Under the pieces are notes generated by a model. That model had not been told where the DNA came from, did not search any database, and was given only the letters and a program-made list of their open reading frames with translations. A stretch of 64,000 nt of DNA from a virus, in the IMG/VR virus record IMGVR_UViG_3300030099_006908, positions 1 through 64,000 of that record. The stretch is one strand, 5' to 3'. Within the stretch, counting starts at the first letter, position 1, and the number at the start of each line of letters is the position of its first letter. The position numbers and the translations under genes are program-made. Positions 33,633 through 43,895 of the stretch are shown piece after piece.

Positions 33633-36461
33633 ATGCCCAGAGAATCATTCATAGTCGCAGTAAGTGGACAACCCACTAAAAATCTAGGTGCAACAGTAAT
33701 AAACGCCGGAAATACGCCTATTTTTGGCGATTCTACAAATAATAACGCTGGCTTTGGCGTTCTGACAGGCTCCAACACCGGAAAAAGTTCCGGTTCAAAA
33801 GTGGTCGAAAGGGAAGCTATCCCGAACACAAGTGGGAATATTCAGTCCACTCCTGGCGTTCAGTCAGCCGTATTTACAGACCCGTTTGCTGGTTCTCCTC
33901 TTGGGCAAGTTATTGGAAAATCATTTTCTTGGAGAGACCAGTATACCGGAAGACTTCCTGTTCGATTTAACCACATATACTCAAGATACCCAGAGATAGG
34001 AAGAGAGTCTAATAGGTCAAATGGCTGCGTTAAAAATGCGAGGTCCAAACAGGGCGGAAAAGTCTGTAGAGATAATGATTCTCTATTTGGAACAAATGTC
34101 TCCTTGACTATGGGTTCGCAAGGTATGGCGATTGCGGTTGGCGCGCCCAGTGGACACAATGGCCTGAAGGGGCGCTTCGCAGGCGAAGCTGGGACTCATA
34201 ACAGAAGAGAAGGCGATGTAACCGTAGACGAGTTTGGTTTGCATGGAATTATGAGCAAGCCTGGAGCGCCAAGCGTTGGGCATTTAGGCGAAGACGGCTT
34301 TGCTATCAGAGGAGAAGAAAAAGACTGGTACAGTTGTGGTAAAAGACAAAACGCTCTGTGCGCTGAAGTAAGTCCTGGCTTTGATGACAAAGGACAAAAA
34401 GTAAGATACAGCGATTTAGGCTCTGACAGACTATCGGCCTATCCAAAACATGGAATTACAGCTTCTGGAACAGCTTTCGGTCACGCTGTAACATTTAACG
34501 CTGGCGGCACAAGAATGGCTGTTGGCGCTCCTTATGCAGATGGCGAAAGAGGAGAGGTTACAGTTTATGAATTTACAAGCGGCTCAGGCACAAAAGGCGA
34601 ATGGATTAGAGTCGGCGCTCCAATCACAGGCAATGGTCTACCAAACGATAGATTTGGTTGGGACGTTGCGCTTGATGGCCCTGGCGATATTGTATTTTGT
34701 GGCGCTCCTCGTCCCGGTGGAACTGGTTATGTTGCAATGTTTGAATTACAAGGAACGTACCCTGGAGGCGCGACTTGGAAAAGAGATAATCATGGCGGCT
34801 CTGTTTCAGGCGTTGGACCGAGAGACAAATTTGGATATTCCATAAGCACTAACAAAGAAGCAACAATCCTGGCGGTTGGTGCGCCTAACGCATCTGGTAC
34901 TCGCGGAACCGCAGAGTGTTTCATAAGAACAGGTGCTGGCGGAGTAATTAACTACCCATGGAAGGAATTGAAGAGAAAGATAGGCACTGGCTCGGAAAGG
35001 TCACACCAACGTGTTGTAGGAACCGCGTCTGGAGAAATGCTTGGCTGGTCAGTTTCATTGATGTATAACAGTGTTGCCTCACTTACCGCGGGCAGATTTA
35101 ATCCTATGCTTGCAGTTGGTTCTCCGTTCTATAGCAAGAGTGTTGCTGAGTATGACTTTAGCAAGAGAACATTTGCGGAGAGAGCCGCTGGAGTACCCAT
35201 CTTTGATGGCGACGCCCCAGCAGGTCCTCCCGACTCTGCCGGTTTATACAGTGAATGGAGCATACGGAATGGTCTTACTTACAATTATGCAGGCCTAACC
35301 TGCGAAGGCCGAGTAACAATTTGGCAGTACAATATAGTTCCTGTTGGCAGAAAACACTATTACACTACTCTTGAGTGGTTACCCAAGGGTAAATATAGCG
35401 CAAGAAAAATGATGGTGGGACAGTATCCTCAAAGTGAAATGGGATACTCAGTTGCACTTAGCAAGACTGGCGACTACCTTGCTGTAGGTTGTCCTGGCAC
35501 AGATGGAAGATTTGATGTTTCTGACTGTGAACAGTTGACGGCCATGACTAAGGCTGAATTTGAAGGGACCGATTTCGGCGTATTCTTGGGAGAAGAAGTG
35601 CCAGAAGAACAATTTTACAAGTACAACTACATCTACAAGCCAGACTCTCGCTCAGAAGATTGTTACACTAAAGATGGATTTTACCTTTCAAGTATTGGCC
35701 AAGGTGGTGGAGGTGGAGGCGAAGTCGCACCAGGATTATTCAAGACCGCAAGCAAGCGAAGCAAATACGGTATCGGCTCTGTAAAAACTTTCCGATATGT
35801 GTGGGAAGGCAAAGATGGAGATGCGGCAAGAAGAGAGCATTACTTAGGCTCAGACAGACAGGATGTTTGGATTAAATATGGGCCAACAATTCCTGGTAAG
35901 GAAAGTCCCGTATACCCTTTAGATATGGACGGAAATGATTTTTTTGATGTATATGGAAGATTAAGATACGCTCGACCAAACTTCCAAGACCTTCAAGGCT
36001 TAGTGAAAATGCCCAAGCATTCTCATCACGAAAGATTTGGAACAGACGTTTCTATCATAGACGTTGTATCTCCAGTTATAGCTGTCGGCGCACCTTACGC
36101 GCAAGACACTAGATACAACGGTGCCCCTGCAACTGACGGTGAGGGAAACATTATAGTTGGAATATATGAGCCAACAGGCAGAGTAGACATCTATTCCGCA
36201 ACACCAACTAGATTTAGAGATAACGTAATGCCATTTGGAGGCGGAGCTTCAGCACCTGCTGGAGGCCCACTGTCAAGCAGAACGAAACCTAAACTTCAAT
36301 ATGACTCTGCTGGCTCGGTTGTAGCTTCTTCTGGAGGCGGTAGAGAAGCCTACTTCATAGCTCCTAAAGTTTCTGGCTCTGGACTGGCTGATGACAATGC
36401 TTTGAAGACAAACAGAAAGACATTTGGTACAGGTGGAATAAACTTCACATCGAGCGACTAA
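33633..36461 (+). CDS. FG-GAP-repeat beta-propeller protein (probable virion adhesin)
   Basis: Repeated FG..V....(A/V)VGAP...G.V.VY units. Confidence 0.8.
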   Translation: MPRESFIVAVSGQPTKNLGATVINAGNTPIFGDSTNNNAGFGVLTGSNTGKSSGSKVVEREAIPNTSGNIQSTPGVQSAVFTDPFAGSPLGQVIGKSFSWRDQYTGRLPVRFNHIYSRYPEIGRESNRSNGCVKNARSKQGGKVCRDNDSLFGTNVSLTMGSQGMAIAVGAPSGHNGLKGRFAGEAGTHNRREGDVTVDEFGLHGIMSKPGAPSVGHLGEDGFAIRGEEKDWYSCGKRQNALCAEVSPGFDDKGQKVRYSDLGSDRLSAYPKHGITASGTAFGHAVTFNAGGTRMAVGAPYADGERGEVTVYEFTSGSGTKGEWIRVGAPITGNGLPNDRFGWDVALDGPGDIVFCGAPRPGGTGYVAMFELQGTYPGGATWKRDNHGGSVSGVGPRDKFGYSISTNKEATILAVGAPNASGTRGTAECFIRTGAGGVINYPWKELKRKIGTGSERSHQRVVGTASGEMLGWSVSLMYNSVASLTAGRFNPMLAVGSPFYSKSVAEYDFSKRTFAERAAGVPIFDGDAPAGPPDSAGLYSEWSIRNGLTYNYAGLTCEGRVTIWQYNIVPVGRKHYYTTLEWLPKGKYSARKMMVGQYPQSEMGYSVALSKTGDYLAVGCPGTDGRFDVSDCEQLTAMTKAEFEGTDFGVFLGEEVPEEQFYKYNYIYKPDSRSEDCYTKDGFYLSSIGQGGGGGGEVAPGLFKTASKRSKYGIGSVKTFRYVWEGKDGDAARREHYLGSDRQDVWIKYGPTIPGKESPVYPLDMDGNDFFDVYGRLRYARPNFQDLQGLVKMPKHSHHERFGTDVSIIDVVSPVIAVGAPYAQDTRYNGAPATDGEGNIIVGIYEPTGRVDIYSATPTRFRDNVMPFGGGASAPAGGPLSSRTKPKLQYDSAGSVVASSGGGREAYFIAPKVSGSGLADDNALKTNRKTFGTGGINFTSSD

Positions 36462-36545
36462 GTTCGGTGTACACAATACTTAGGAACGGGATTTAAGATT
36501 TTAGGACTACAGGAAATTTTATCCATTTATATGGAGAAATAAATT

Positions 36546-37166
36546 ATGGCATCACAAGCTGTAACAAGCGGAGCCGCTAAAAATAATGGTTCCACGATTG
36601 TAAATGCTGGCAACGTGCCGGTAACCACAAAAACCATTAACGACGCTGGATTTGGGCAAGTTATTGGTGACGGAGAAGGTCGTTTTAAAGGAACGCCCGG
36701 AAACCGAAAACAGAGAACACCCTCTGCTGGAAACTTTAGCTCACCTAGCAATGGTGGCGTAATCACAGCCAAGGGTAGCGGAACGTTTGCTTATGAAGGC
36801 AAGGCTGGCAAATACATTGGCATTAGACTTACCGATGCAATTAACAATGTTGATAATACCACGCTTTTGTCTGGCGGTCAAGGAAAAGGTCGTTTCACAG
36901 GCTCCATTCACGGCCTGGAAACTTACTTTACCCTTCCGAAATACACAACAAACGCAGATGGTTCGCACGCATCTACCAGCTCTGCTGGAGGAACTGCAAC
37001 CAACTACATTGATTCTGCTGGAAACGGCTCAACCGCATCTAATGATTCGGCTGCTAATCCAACTAGAGCGATTCCTGGCGAATTGGTCTACACCGGCACA
37101 TCTAAGGCTAGAACTGGCTCGTTAGCTGTCCCGACACAGGACGACTACAAACCTAAAACTGGCTAA
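36546..37166 (+). CDS. Gly/Ser/Thr-rich probable virion protein
   Basis: GGAG SD; N-terminus paralogous to the 33633 protein. Confidence 0.75.
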   Translation: MASQAVTSGAAKNNGSTIVNAGNVPVTTKTINDAGFGQVIGDGEGRFKGTPGNRKQRTPSAGNFSSPSNGGVITAKGSGTFAYEGKAGKYIGIRLTDAINNVDNTTLLSGGQGKGRFTGSIHGLETYFTLPKYTTNADGSHASTSSAGGTATNYIDSAGNGSTASNDSAANPTRAIPGELVYTGTSKARTGSLAVPTQDDYKPKTG

Positions 37167-37189
37167 TAAAAGTAGTTAAAGTGAATAGG

Positions 37190-37219
37190 GGCGGCAGGCA
37201 AAAGCTTGCCGCCTTTTTT
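37190..37219 (+). terminator. Rho-independent terminator
   Basis: GGCGGCAGGC-AAAA-GCTTGCCGCC plus T6. Confidence 0.9.
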
Positions 37220-37221
37220 AG

Positions 37222-37249
37222 TTGACAATACTCACTTTAGGTGTATAAT
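37222..37249 (+). promoter_or_regulatory. composite promoter (sigma70 plus GGTGTATA)
   Basis: TTGACA-N16-TATAAT with GGTGTATA overlapping the -10 element. Confidence 0.85.
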
Positions 37250-37271
37250 ATATACGTGTAAGGTATTTAAA

Positions 37272-37415
37272 ATCGGCTTCATTTTAAAGGAACCGAAGAT
37301 ATGTTTAACAATCACGGTCAGGCGGCGGCGAAGCCTAAACAACGTTGTTACCTAAAGCGATAAGTTGAGATAATCAGCAAAACTTCGCAACACACCAAAC
37401 TGCTGCCGCCTTTTT
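37272..37415 (+). ncRNA. structured RNA or attenuator-like leader
   Basis: 11-bp stem 37320-37330/37401-37411 plus T-tract; alternative GCGAAG/CTTCGC pairing; uORF 37301-37363. Confidence 0.55.
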
Positions 37416-37439
37416 ATTTATTAAAATTGGTTTATTGTC

Positions 37440-37778
37440 ATGAAGGTTCATGTAAAAAACACAATAAAAAATGTTAAAAGGATTGACGTTAGGGGTTCGT
37501 CCGTAGATGAATCAGAAATTGATTTGAATTCAGGTCAGACTTTAAGCGTTCTTTACATTAGCGACCTTGGAGAAGGGCTTGTAAATATACACGTTAATGA
37601 AGAAACCACACTCTCAGGTGTAAGCGACAAAAATCTTGATTATAATAAAGATAAAAATCTTGAATCCATGAAATACTGGACAGAGCAACCAGAGCCAGAC
37701 ACTACCGTAAACGGAGTTAGAAAAATAAATAGTAGGGCGAATCAGTCTAGACGAAGCTGTTGCGGAAGAAGGAGATAA
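37440..37778 (+). CDS. hypothetical protein
   Basis: 112-aa ORF. Confidence 0.7.
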   Translation: MKVHVKNTIKNVKRIDVRGSSVDESEIDLNSGQTLSVLYISDLGEGLVNIHVNEETTLSGVSDKNLDYNKDKNLESMKYWTEQPEPDTTVNGVRKINSRANQSRRSCCGRRR

Positions 37779-37780
37779 TT

Positions 37781-38047
37781 ATGAGCAAATCATTAAAATG
37801 TAAAGGTCAAATATATGTAGAGGTTGGTGGAGACTTTACATTTCTTGACAACTCTGGAGGAACTTATGGGGAAAAATGGCAGGGCGGAAGATATATTCCA
37901 ATACATAAAGTCATAAACTACAAAGATGGATATTCAGACATAGTTTTAGGAAACGGCCATGTAATGCCGCAAGTTCTGCTTGGTGAAATAGGGTATGTTA
38001 TAGGAAAGCCCGAGATAGAAACAGTAGACTCGATAAAAGAAATGTAA
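37781..38047 (+). CDS. hypothetical protein
   Basis: AAGGAG SD. Confidence 0.7.
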   Translation: MSKSLKCKGQIYVEVGGDFTFLDNSGGTYGEKWQGGRYIPIHKVINYKDGYSDIVLGNGHVMPQVLLGEIGYVIGKPEIETVDSIKEM

Positions 38048-38066
38048 AAACTGCAAGAGTCTAACA

Positions 38067-38558
38067 ATGAATCAAGAGGACGAAAAACATCTTAGGTCTT
38101 TGCTAAGACATGTAGATAATGTGCGGCAATCTTCACTTCTTCTTGGTGAAAGAATTATAGAATCAGGAAATGAAAAGCTAGGTATTGACCTAATATCAAA
38201 TGGCCAAATACATGACTACTCAAAGTTTAGAGGGTGTGAGTGGCTCTATCTTAGGCCAGAATTTATTGACTCCACGAAAAAAGAGCTTTTTGATTCTGCT
38301 AAAAAACAGCATGTAAACAGCAACCCACATCACCCAGAATACTGGGGCTCAATACACCAAATGCCCAAAGTATATATAGCTGAAATGGTGTGTGACTGGT
38401 CTGCACGCTCACATGAACAAGGCAACGACTTGAGAGAGTGGATAAGGGAAAAAGGCACAAAGATTTTTGACATGACAACTCAATCAAAGGTATACAGGGA
38501 AATAAAGTTTTTTGTAGACTTACTACTAGAGCCTTCGTTTAAAAACAATGCAAAATAA
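38067..38558 (+). CDS. DUF5662-like HD-type metal hydrolase
   Basis: H, HD.SK, H...N.HHPEYW, EMVCDW. Confidence 0.75.
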   Translation: MNQEDEKHLRSLLRHVDNVRQSSLLLGERIIESGNEKLGIDLISNGQIHDYSKFRGCEWLYLRPEFIDSTKKELFDSAKKQHVNSNPHHPEYWGSIHQMPKVYIAEMVCDWSARSHEQGNDLREWIREKGTKIFDMTTQSKVYREIKFFVDLLLEPSFKNNAK

Positions 38559-38751
38559 TAAAAATAGCCTTCAGTCAGTGATGAAAGCCGTAATGCAAGA
38601 TGAAAATCTAATAAAGGGCTACGCTTCTAAAAAGTGCAAGCAATGCTTAGGAAGAGGGTATTTAGAAATAAAATTTGCAGAAGAACTCCATGCACAGAAT
38701 TATCTATGTGACTGCGTTCAAAAAAACGTAAAGAAAGAATTTGAAAAATAA
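38548..38751 (+). CDS. small zinc-finger protein
   Basis: CKQC.GRG...CDC. Confidence 0.65.
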   Translation: MQNNKNSLQSVMKAVMQDENLIKGYASKKCKQCLGRGYLEIKFAEELHAQNYLCDCVQKNVKKEFEK

Positions 38752-38756
38752 GAGCT

Positions 38757-39296
38757 ATGTCTTTTTCTGAAAAATCTTTAGAATATTTAAAAAATGTAAA
38801 AAATAAAATAGAGCCCATTGACAAACCATCTTGGACTGAGTATTTTATTACAATGGCAAAGCTAGCTAGCACAAGGAGCGCTGACGCAGAAACAAAACAC
38901 GGATGCGTTATAGCCGATAAAAAAAACAGAGTTATAGGAGTGGGTTATAATAGCTTTCCTGCTAATATGCCAGATAATATTCTTCCAAATAAGAGACCAG
39001 AAAAATATAAATGGATGGTCCACGCAGAAAGAAATGCACTGGCAAATTGTGTAGTTAGGCCAGAGGGATGTACGGCTTATATAACAGGTCGCCCATGCCT
39101 TGATTGCGCAAAATCTTTGTACCAAGAGGGTATAGAGCATTTTGTGTGCTTTGATGGGCACGGAACATATCGAGAAGAAGCAGAAGACAAAAGTATATTT
39201 GAAATTTTAGTAAAAAGTGGTGATATAAAAATAGAGTGGGTAAAGCCAGATTTTGACAAAATAATAAATTATTTGGCCTCAACAATTTCTCAGTAA
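38757..39296 (+). CDS. dCMP deaminase
   Basis: GYN, HAERNA, PCLDC. Confidence 0.92.
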   Translation: MSFSEKSLEYLKNVKNKIEPIDKPSWTEYFITMAKLASTRSADAETKHGCVIADKKNRVIGVGYNSFPANMPDNILPNKRPEKYKWMVHAERNALANCVVRPEGCTAYITGRPCLDCAKSLYQEGIEHFVCFDGHGTYREEAEDKSIFEILVKSGDIKIEWVKPDFDKIINYLASTISQ

Positions 39297-39315
39297 TTAG
39301 GTGTATATTTATTAC

Positions 39316-39525
39316 ATGACAAAAATTAATCTTAATAAAAAAAGTGAAGAGCAGTTTTTTGAAATAACCATACAGGTAAGAGATAAAAACGGCAACCCCA
39401 CGGGCAAAACAAAAACTTTTGGCAGCGATAGCGCGACCAGTTTTTCTGGATGGTACAATAAAAATAACGCGCCTAAGTCCAAAAAAAACAAAAAGAATAG
39501 AAAAAAGAATAACCGGAATAGCTAA
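39316..39525 (+). CDS. small basic protein
   Basis: ATG 8 nt after GGTGTATA; Lys-rich. Confidence 0.6.
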   Translation: MTKINLNKKSEEQFFEITIQVRDKNGNPTGKTKTFGSDSATSFSGWYNKNNAPKSKKNKKNRKKNNRNS

Positions 39526-40656
39526 ATGCCAGTTACCCATAGAGTATTTTACGCAGCAAAACGTGCAGGAATTGGTCCCGAGGGAGCAAAGGGCACAGCA
39601 AATTATACTCAAATGCATGGTCTTCAGTCCGTGGGTATGAGAACTACTTTTAATCTATCTCAAACCTTTGAGCTTGGACAGTTATCTGTTTACGAATATA
39701 TCGAGGGTCTTCCAGAGGTTTCTATAGATGTAGAAAAAGTTTTAGACGGATATTGCCCAGTATATGTACTCGCAACAGGACAAGGCACTCAGGCTACAGA
39801 CAGCACTCTCATTGGCAGGGCAGACGCCAAATGCGATTTTTTAATTTCTGTTTTTACAGACAGCCAAACTGTTGCAGGCGGTGTTAGTGATGCCGAAGGT
39901 ACGGGAGGCGCACTACAGCACGTTCTATGCTCAGGAGTTATGGTTGACTCTGTTTCGTATAGCATTGGAATAGATGGATATGCCACAGAAAATGTTACGT
40001 TAGTAGGACAACACAAAACATGGCACTCTGCAGGAAATGCAGGTTTTTCTGGAACAGGATTCAAGGCTGGCTTTATATCTTCTGCCGGTAACGATGCCCC
40101 TAAGTCTTTAAGCACTAATCTTAATATGGCTGGCGAAGACTACCAGAATGATGGCGGCGTACAGACAAGAGAGGATGTTTTGCTTGGACCCAACGGAACT
40201 ACGCTACCATCAGACATAGTTGGCGTAAACAATGAAGGTAAAGTAGTTATGAATCCAGATGGAAACTTTCACGTTCACCTGCAAAGCCTTTCCTTCTCAG
40301 TAGATATGGGCAGAGAGCAGATTTTTGAATTGGGTAGAAGAGGTCTATATCACAGGTATGTTCCATTTCCAGTTCAGGTTAATGCTGAAATAGGAGTTCT
40401 CTCACAATCTGGAGACTTAATAGAGGCCCACTCAGACAGGGGAATTGATAGAAGCGCATACCCAATACAGTTAATAATGAGAGAGGGCCTTGTAGTTGAT
40501 TTAGGCAGTCAAAATAGGCTCTCTTCCGTTAATGTAACGGGAGGAGATGTAGGGGGCGGAAACGAACAAATAACATACAGTTATCAAAATTTTAATGACT
40601 TTACTGTATATCATCCAGAAGACCCAAGGTCATTCTCTAGGCCCTCAGTGCCTTAG
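39526..40656 (+). CDS. probable tail tube / major tail protein
   Basis: Beta-rich; internal duplication GLQSV....F.L.Q.FELG / LQSLSFS....REQIFELG. Confidence 0.55.
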   Translation: MPVTHRVFYAAKRAGIGPEGAKGTANYTQMHGLQSVGMRTTFNLSQTFELGQLSVYEYIEGLPEVSIDVEKVLDGYCPVYVLATGQGTQATDSTLIGRADAKCDFLISVFTDSQTVAGGVSDAEGTGGALQHVLCSGVMVDSVSYSIGIDGYATENVTLVGQHKTWHSAGNAGFSGTGFKAGFISSAGNDAPKSLSTNLNMAGEDYQNDGGVQTREDVLLGPNGTTLPSDIVGVNNEGKVVMNPDGNFHVHLQSLSFSVDMGREQIFELGRRGLYHRYVPFPVQVNAEIGVLSQSGDLIEAHSDRGIDRSAYPIQLIMREGLVVDLGSQNRLSSVNVTGGDVGGGNEQITYSYQNFNDFTVYHPEDPRSFSRPSVP

Positions 40657-40693
40657 TGCTATTATAAATTAAGGAAATAAAATAGGACAGAAT

Positions 40694-43174
40694 ATGTACT
40701 CTTACGAAGATGCTTTAAGTAGCTCCACAGAATATTTTAAAGGAGACGAACTTGCCGCGAAAGTTTTTGTTGACAAGTATGCTCTTAGAGATAATAATAA
40801 AAATCTTTTAGAAAAAACGCCTGACGATATGCATCTTCGAATTGCGTCTGAGATAGCCAGAGTAGAGAAATCAAAATATAAAGAAACAAAAATAAAACCT
40901 CTATCTAAACAACTGGTCTATGAATATCTAAAAGGGTTTGAAAAAATTGTGCCTCAAGGAAGCCCCATGTACGGCATAGGAAATACAAACCAGTGCGTTA
41001 CTTTATCTAACTGCTATGTGCTTGATTCTCCAGAAGATAGCTATGGAGGCATTCACTGGACGGATGAGCAGATTACTCAAATTTCTAAAAGAAGAGGCGG
41101 TGTAGGAATAGATATTTCTAAACTTCGCCCATCCGGAGAGTCCACTAAGAACTCTTCCCGAACTACCAGCGGCATTGCGAGCTGGATGGAAAGGTTTTCA
41201 AATAGCACAAGAGAAGTAGGTCAAGATGGTCGTCGTGGTGCACAGATGCAATCTATTAGCGTTCATCATCCAGAAGTCCTTACTTTTGCCAACATTAAAA
41301 AAGACAGAACAAAGGTTACGGGCGCAAACATATCAATAAGACTTACGGACGAATTTTTAAAAGCTGTGTATAGCGATAGCAAATACGAACAAAGATGGCC
41401 CGTTGATTCTAAAGAACCAAAGATAAAGAATAAGGTTTCAGCCAGAGAAGTATGGAGACAAATAATTGAAAACGCACATGACAATGCAGAGCCAGGGCTT
41501 TTGTTTTGGGACAACGTAATTGAGAATAGCCCAGCCGACTGCTATCCAGAGGAAGGGTTTGAGACTATCTCTACCAACCCCTGTTCAGAACTTCCTCTCT
41601 CTGCCCTAGACTCATGCAGGCTTCTTCTACTGAACTTATTTGGCTATGTAAAAGAGCCGTTCACAAGCAAGGCTTATTTTGACTATCAAGAATTCTTTGA
41701 GGACGCTAAGATTGCGCAAAGAATGATGGATGATATCATAGACCTCGAAATGGAGGCCATAGAGCGAATTATTAAAAAGATTGAGTCTGACCCAGAATCA
41801 AAAGATATTAAAGCCAGAGAGCTTGATATGTGGCATAGAATCTATGATAATTGCAAAAACGGCAGGAGAACGGGTTTAGGGATTACGGCTCTTGGCGACA
41901 CAATCGCCGCGCTTGGATTTAAGTATGCTAGCGAGCGTAGCATTCAAGAGACAGACCAAATTTTTAAAACTCTGAAATTTGCATCCTACATCTCGTCGGC
42001 AGAAATGGCAGAAGACCTTGGCCCATTTCCGGTATGGAACTACGAGAAAGAATCCGGAAACAAATTCCTAAAAAGAATGTACAGCGAGAAGCTGGATTTT
42101 GGCGGGTTAGATATCAAGGGTAAAGATGTTCTTGAGAAGGTGAAACAAGTGGGTCGTAGAAACATATCTAATCTAACATGCGCTCCTGCGGGAAGCGTTA
42201 GCATTGAATGTCAAACAACCAGTGGTATTGAGCCCATGTTCATGCCCTCTTATACAAGAAAGAAAAAGGGCTATCCCTCTGATTCTGACTTCCGAACAGA
42301 CGAAGTTGACCAGAACGGAGACCACTGGATGTACTTCAAGGTGTATCACCCAAAGCTGCAAGACTGGATGAACGTCAATCCAGATAAAAAATTTGAAGAT
42401 TCTCCTTGGTTTGGAGCGTGTGCAGAAGACTTAAACTGGAAGCAGCGAGTTAAACTTCAAGCTGCGGCACAACAGCACATCGACCACGCTATTAGTTCTA
42501 CTTTAAATCTACCAGAAGATGTTTCAGTAGAACAAGTGGAAGAGATTTATGAAGAAGCCTGGGAAAGAGGCTGTAAGGGAATCACTGTATACAGAAAGAA
42601 TTGCAGGACAGGAGTTCTGGTAGAAGAGGCCAAGCAAAAGCAAGAAGAAGCTGCCGAGCAAACTGTAGAAGACGAGAAAAGGCCTAAAGAGCTACCCTGT
42701 GATGTGTACCACATTAGTGTACAGTCAAATAAGTATTTTGTTTTAGTTGGACTAAAAGATGGAAAACCATATGAAGTTTTCGCTGGCAAGAACGGGTTTC
42801 TCAACAAGGGTATCAAGAGCGGAAAAATAATCAGAAAAAGAAGAAAGGTATACAGAGCAGAGTTTGACGACGACCACCAAACTGAACTTTCACCAATTAC
42901 CGCAGCCTGTACAGACCACGAAGAAACAATTACCAGGCTCATATCTGGCTATTTAAGACTTGGCGTTGATATGCATTTTATAGTGCAACAGCTAGAAAAA
43001 GTAGACGGAGAGATGCATTGTTTTGCTAGAAGCGTGTCAAGAGCGCTAAAGAAGTATATTCCTGATGGAACAGAGGAGAAGGGCGAGTCTTGCCCTGAAT
43101 GTGGATATTCGTCTTTAGTTAGACAGGAGGGTTGCGTGACTTGTTTATCTTGTGGATGGAGTAAGTGCCTGTAA
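40694..43174 (+). CDS. nrdJ: class II (AdoCbl-dependent) ribonucleotide reductase
   Basis: SNCYV, TNPCSE, RRTGLG, APAGS.S, GCKGITVYR, C-terminal CPEC...C..CGWSKC; no nrdB in window. Confidence 0.93.
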   Translation: MYSYEDALSSSTEYFKGDELAAKVFVDKYALRDNNKNLLEKTPDDMHLRIASEIARVEKSKYKETKIKPLSKQLVYEYLKGFEKIVPQGSPMYGIGNTNQCVTLSNCYVLDSPEDSYGGIHWTDEQITQISKRRGGVGIDISKLRPSGESTKNSSRTTSGIASWMERFSNSTREVGQDGRRGAQMQSISVHHPEVLTFANIKKDRTKVTGANISIRLTDEFLKAVYSDSKYEQRWPVDSKEPKIKNKVSAREVWRQIIENAHDNAEPGLLFWDNVIENSPADCYPEEGFETISTNPCSELPLSALDSCRLLLLNLFGYVKEPFTSKAYFDYQEFFEDAKIAQRMMDDIIDLEMEAIERIIKKIESDPESKDIKARELDMWHRIYDNCKNGRRTGLGITALGDTIAALGFKYASERSIQETDQIFKTLKFASYISSAEMAEDLGPFPVWNYEKESGNKFLKRMYSEKLDFGGLDIKGKDVLEKVKQVGRRNISNLTCAPAGSVSIECQTTSGIEPMFMPSYTRKKKGYPSDSDFRTDEVDQNGDHWMYFKVYHPKLQDWMNVNPDKKFEDSPWFGACAEDLNWKQRVKLQAAAQQHIDHAISSTLNLPEDVSVEQVEEIYEEAWERGCKGITVYRKNCRTGVLVEEAKQKQEEAAEQTVEDEKRPKELPCDVYHISVQSNKYFVLVGLKDGKPYEVFAGKNGFLNKGIKSGKIIRKRRKVYRAEFDDDHQTELSPITAACTDHEETITRLISGYLRLGVDMHFIVQQLEKVDGEMHCFARSVSRALKKYIPDGTEEKGESCPECGYSSLVRQEGCVTCLSCGWSKCL

Positions 43175-43545
43175 TGCCTACATATGTATTTAAATGCGAA
43201 GAATGCGACTATGAACTTGAAGTTGAGCAAAGTATAAAGAAGCCCACACCAAATAGAAAAAAGTGTCCAGAATGCGGAAAAAATAAATTAGAGAGACTTT
43301 TATTTGCCCCGCACGTTTACAATAAGCCTGGAGACGATAAAATATCTATAGGTCTTCTCTCAGACAGAAATGCCGAGAGATTTTCACAAGACCAAAAAGA
43401 GGCTATAGATAAGAAAAATGGCGTTAAGAGAAAAAAGAAATCCTCAAAAAACAACTTCTGGGAAACCTCTAAGGAAAATATGAAAAAAATATCAGTAATG
43501 ACGCCCGCGCAAAAAAAGAAGTATATAGAGACTGGTGAAAAATGA
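43174..43545 (+). CDS. FmdB-like zinc-ribbon protein
   Basis: MPTYVFKCEEC...CPECG...L.RL. Confidence 0.8.
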   Translation: MPTYVFKCEECDYELEVEQSIKKPTPNRKKCPECGKNKLERLLFAPHVYNKPGDDKISIGLLSDRNAERFSQDQKEAIDKKNGVKRKKKSSKNNFWETSKENMKKISVMTPAQKKKYIETGEK

Positions 43546-43895
43546 AATCGGAAAAAACAGAAGACGATAAAAAGAAAGAGATGTTGTCCAGGAAAAGAGA
43601 ATATATTCCCGGCTCCACCGTTTCTGAAGTAGTGGTTGACGTTATAACCTACAGAGCATACATAGACAAACAAACAAAGCAGAAAATATTTGAGACAGTA
43701 GATGTATCCTCAAAACAATTCTCAGCAAAAATTCCTTCTGACGACGCTCTTGAAGCCGCTGAAATAGTGTCTGGTAATCTTGAAAAAAATCAGTCAGTCT
43801 GGGATGTCTTTGATAGTATAGAGTCCGAGAATGAAATGCTAAGACAGATTTCAGAAGAACAACACAAACAGAAAAATATTAGCGATGACGAATAA
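43542..43895 (+). CDS. hypothetical protein
   Basis: Coupled ORF. Confidence 0.7.
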   Translation: MKSEKTEDDKKKEMLSRKREYIPGSTVSEVVVDVITYRAYIDKQTKQKIFETVDVSSKQFSAKIPSDDALEAAEIVSGNLEKNQSVWDVFDSIESENEMLRQISEEQHKQKNISDDE

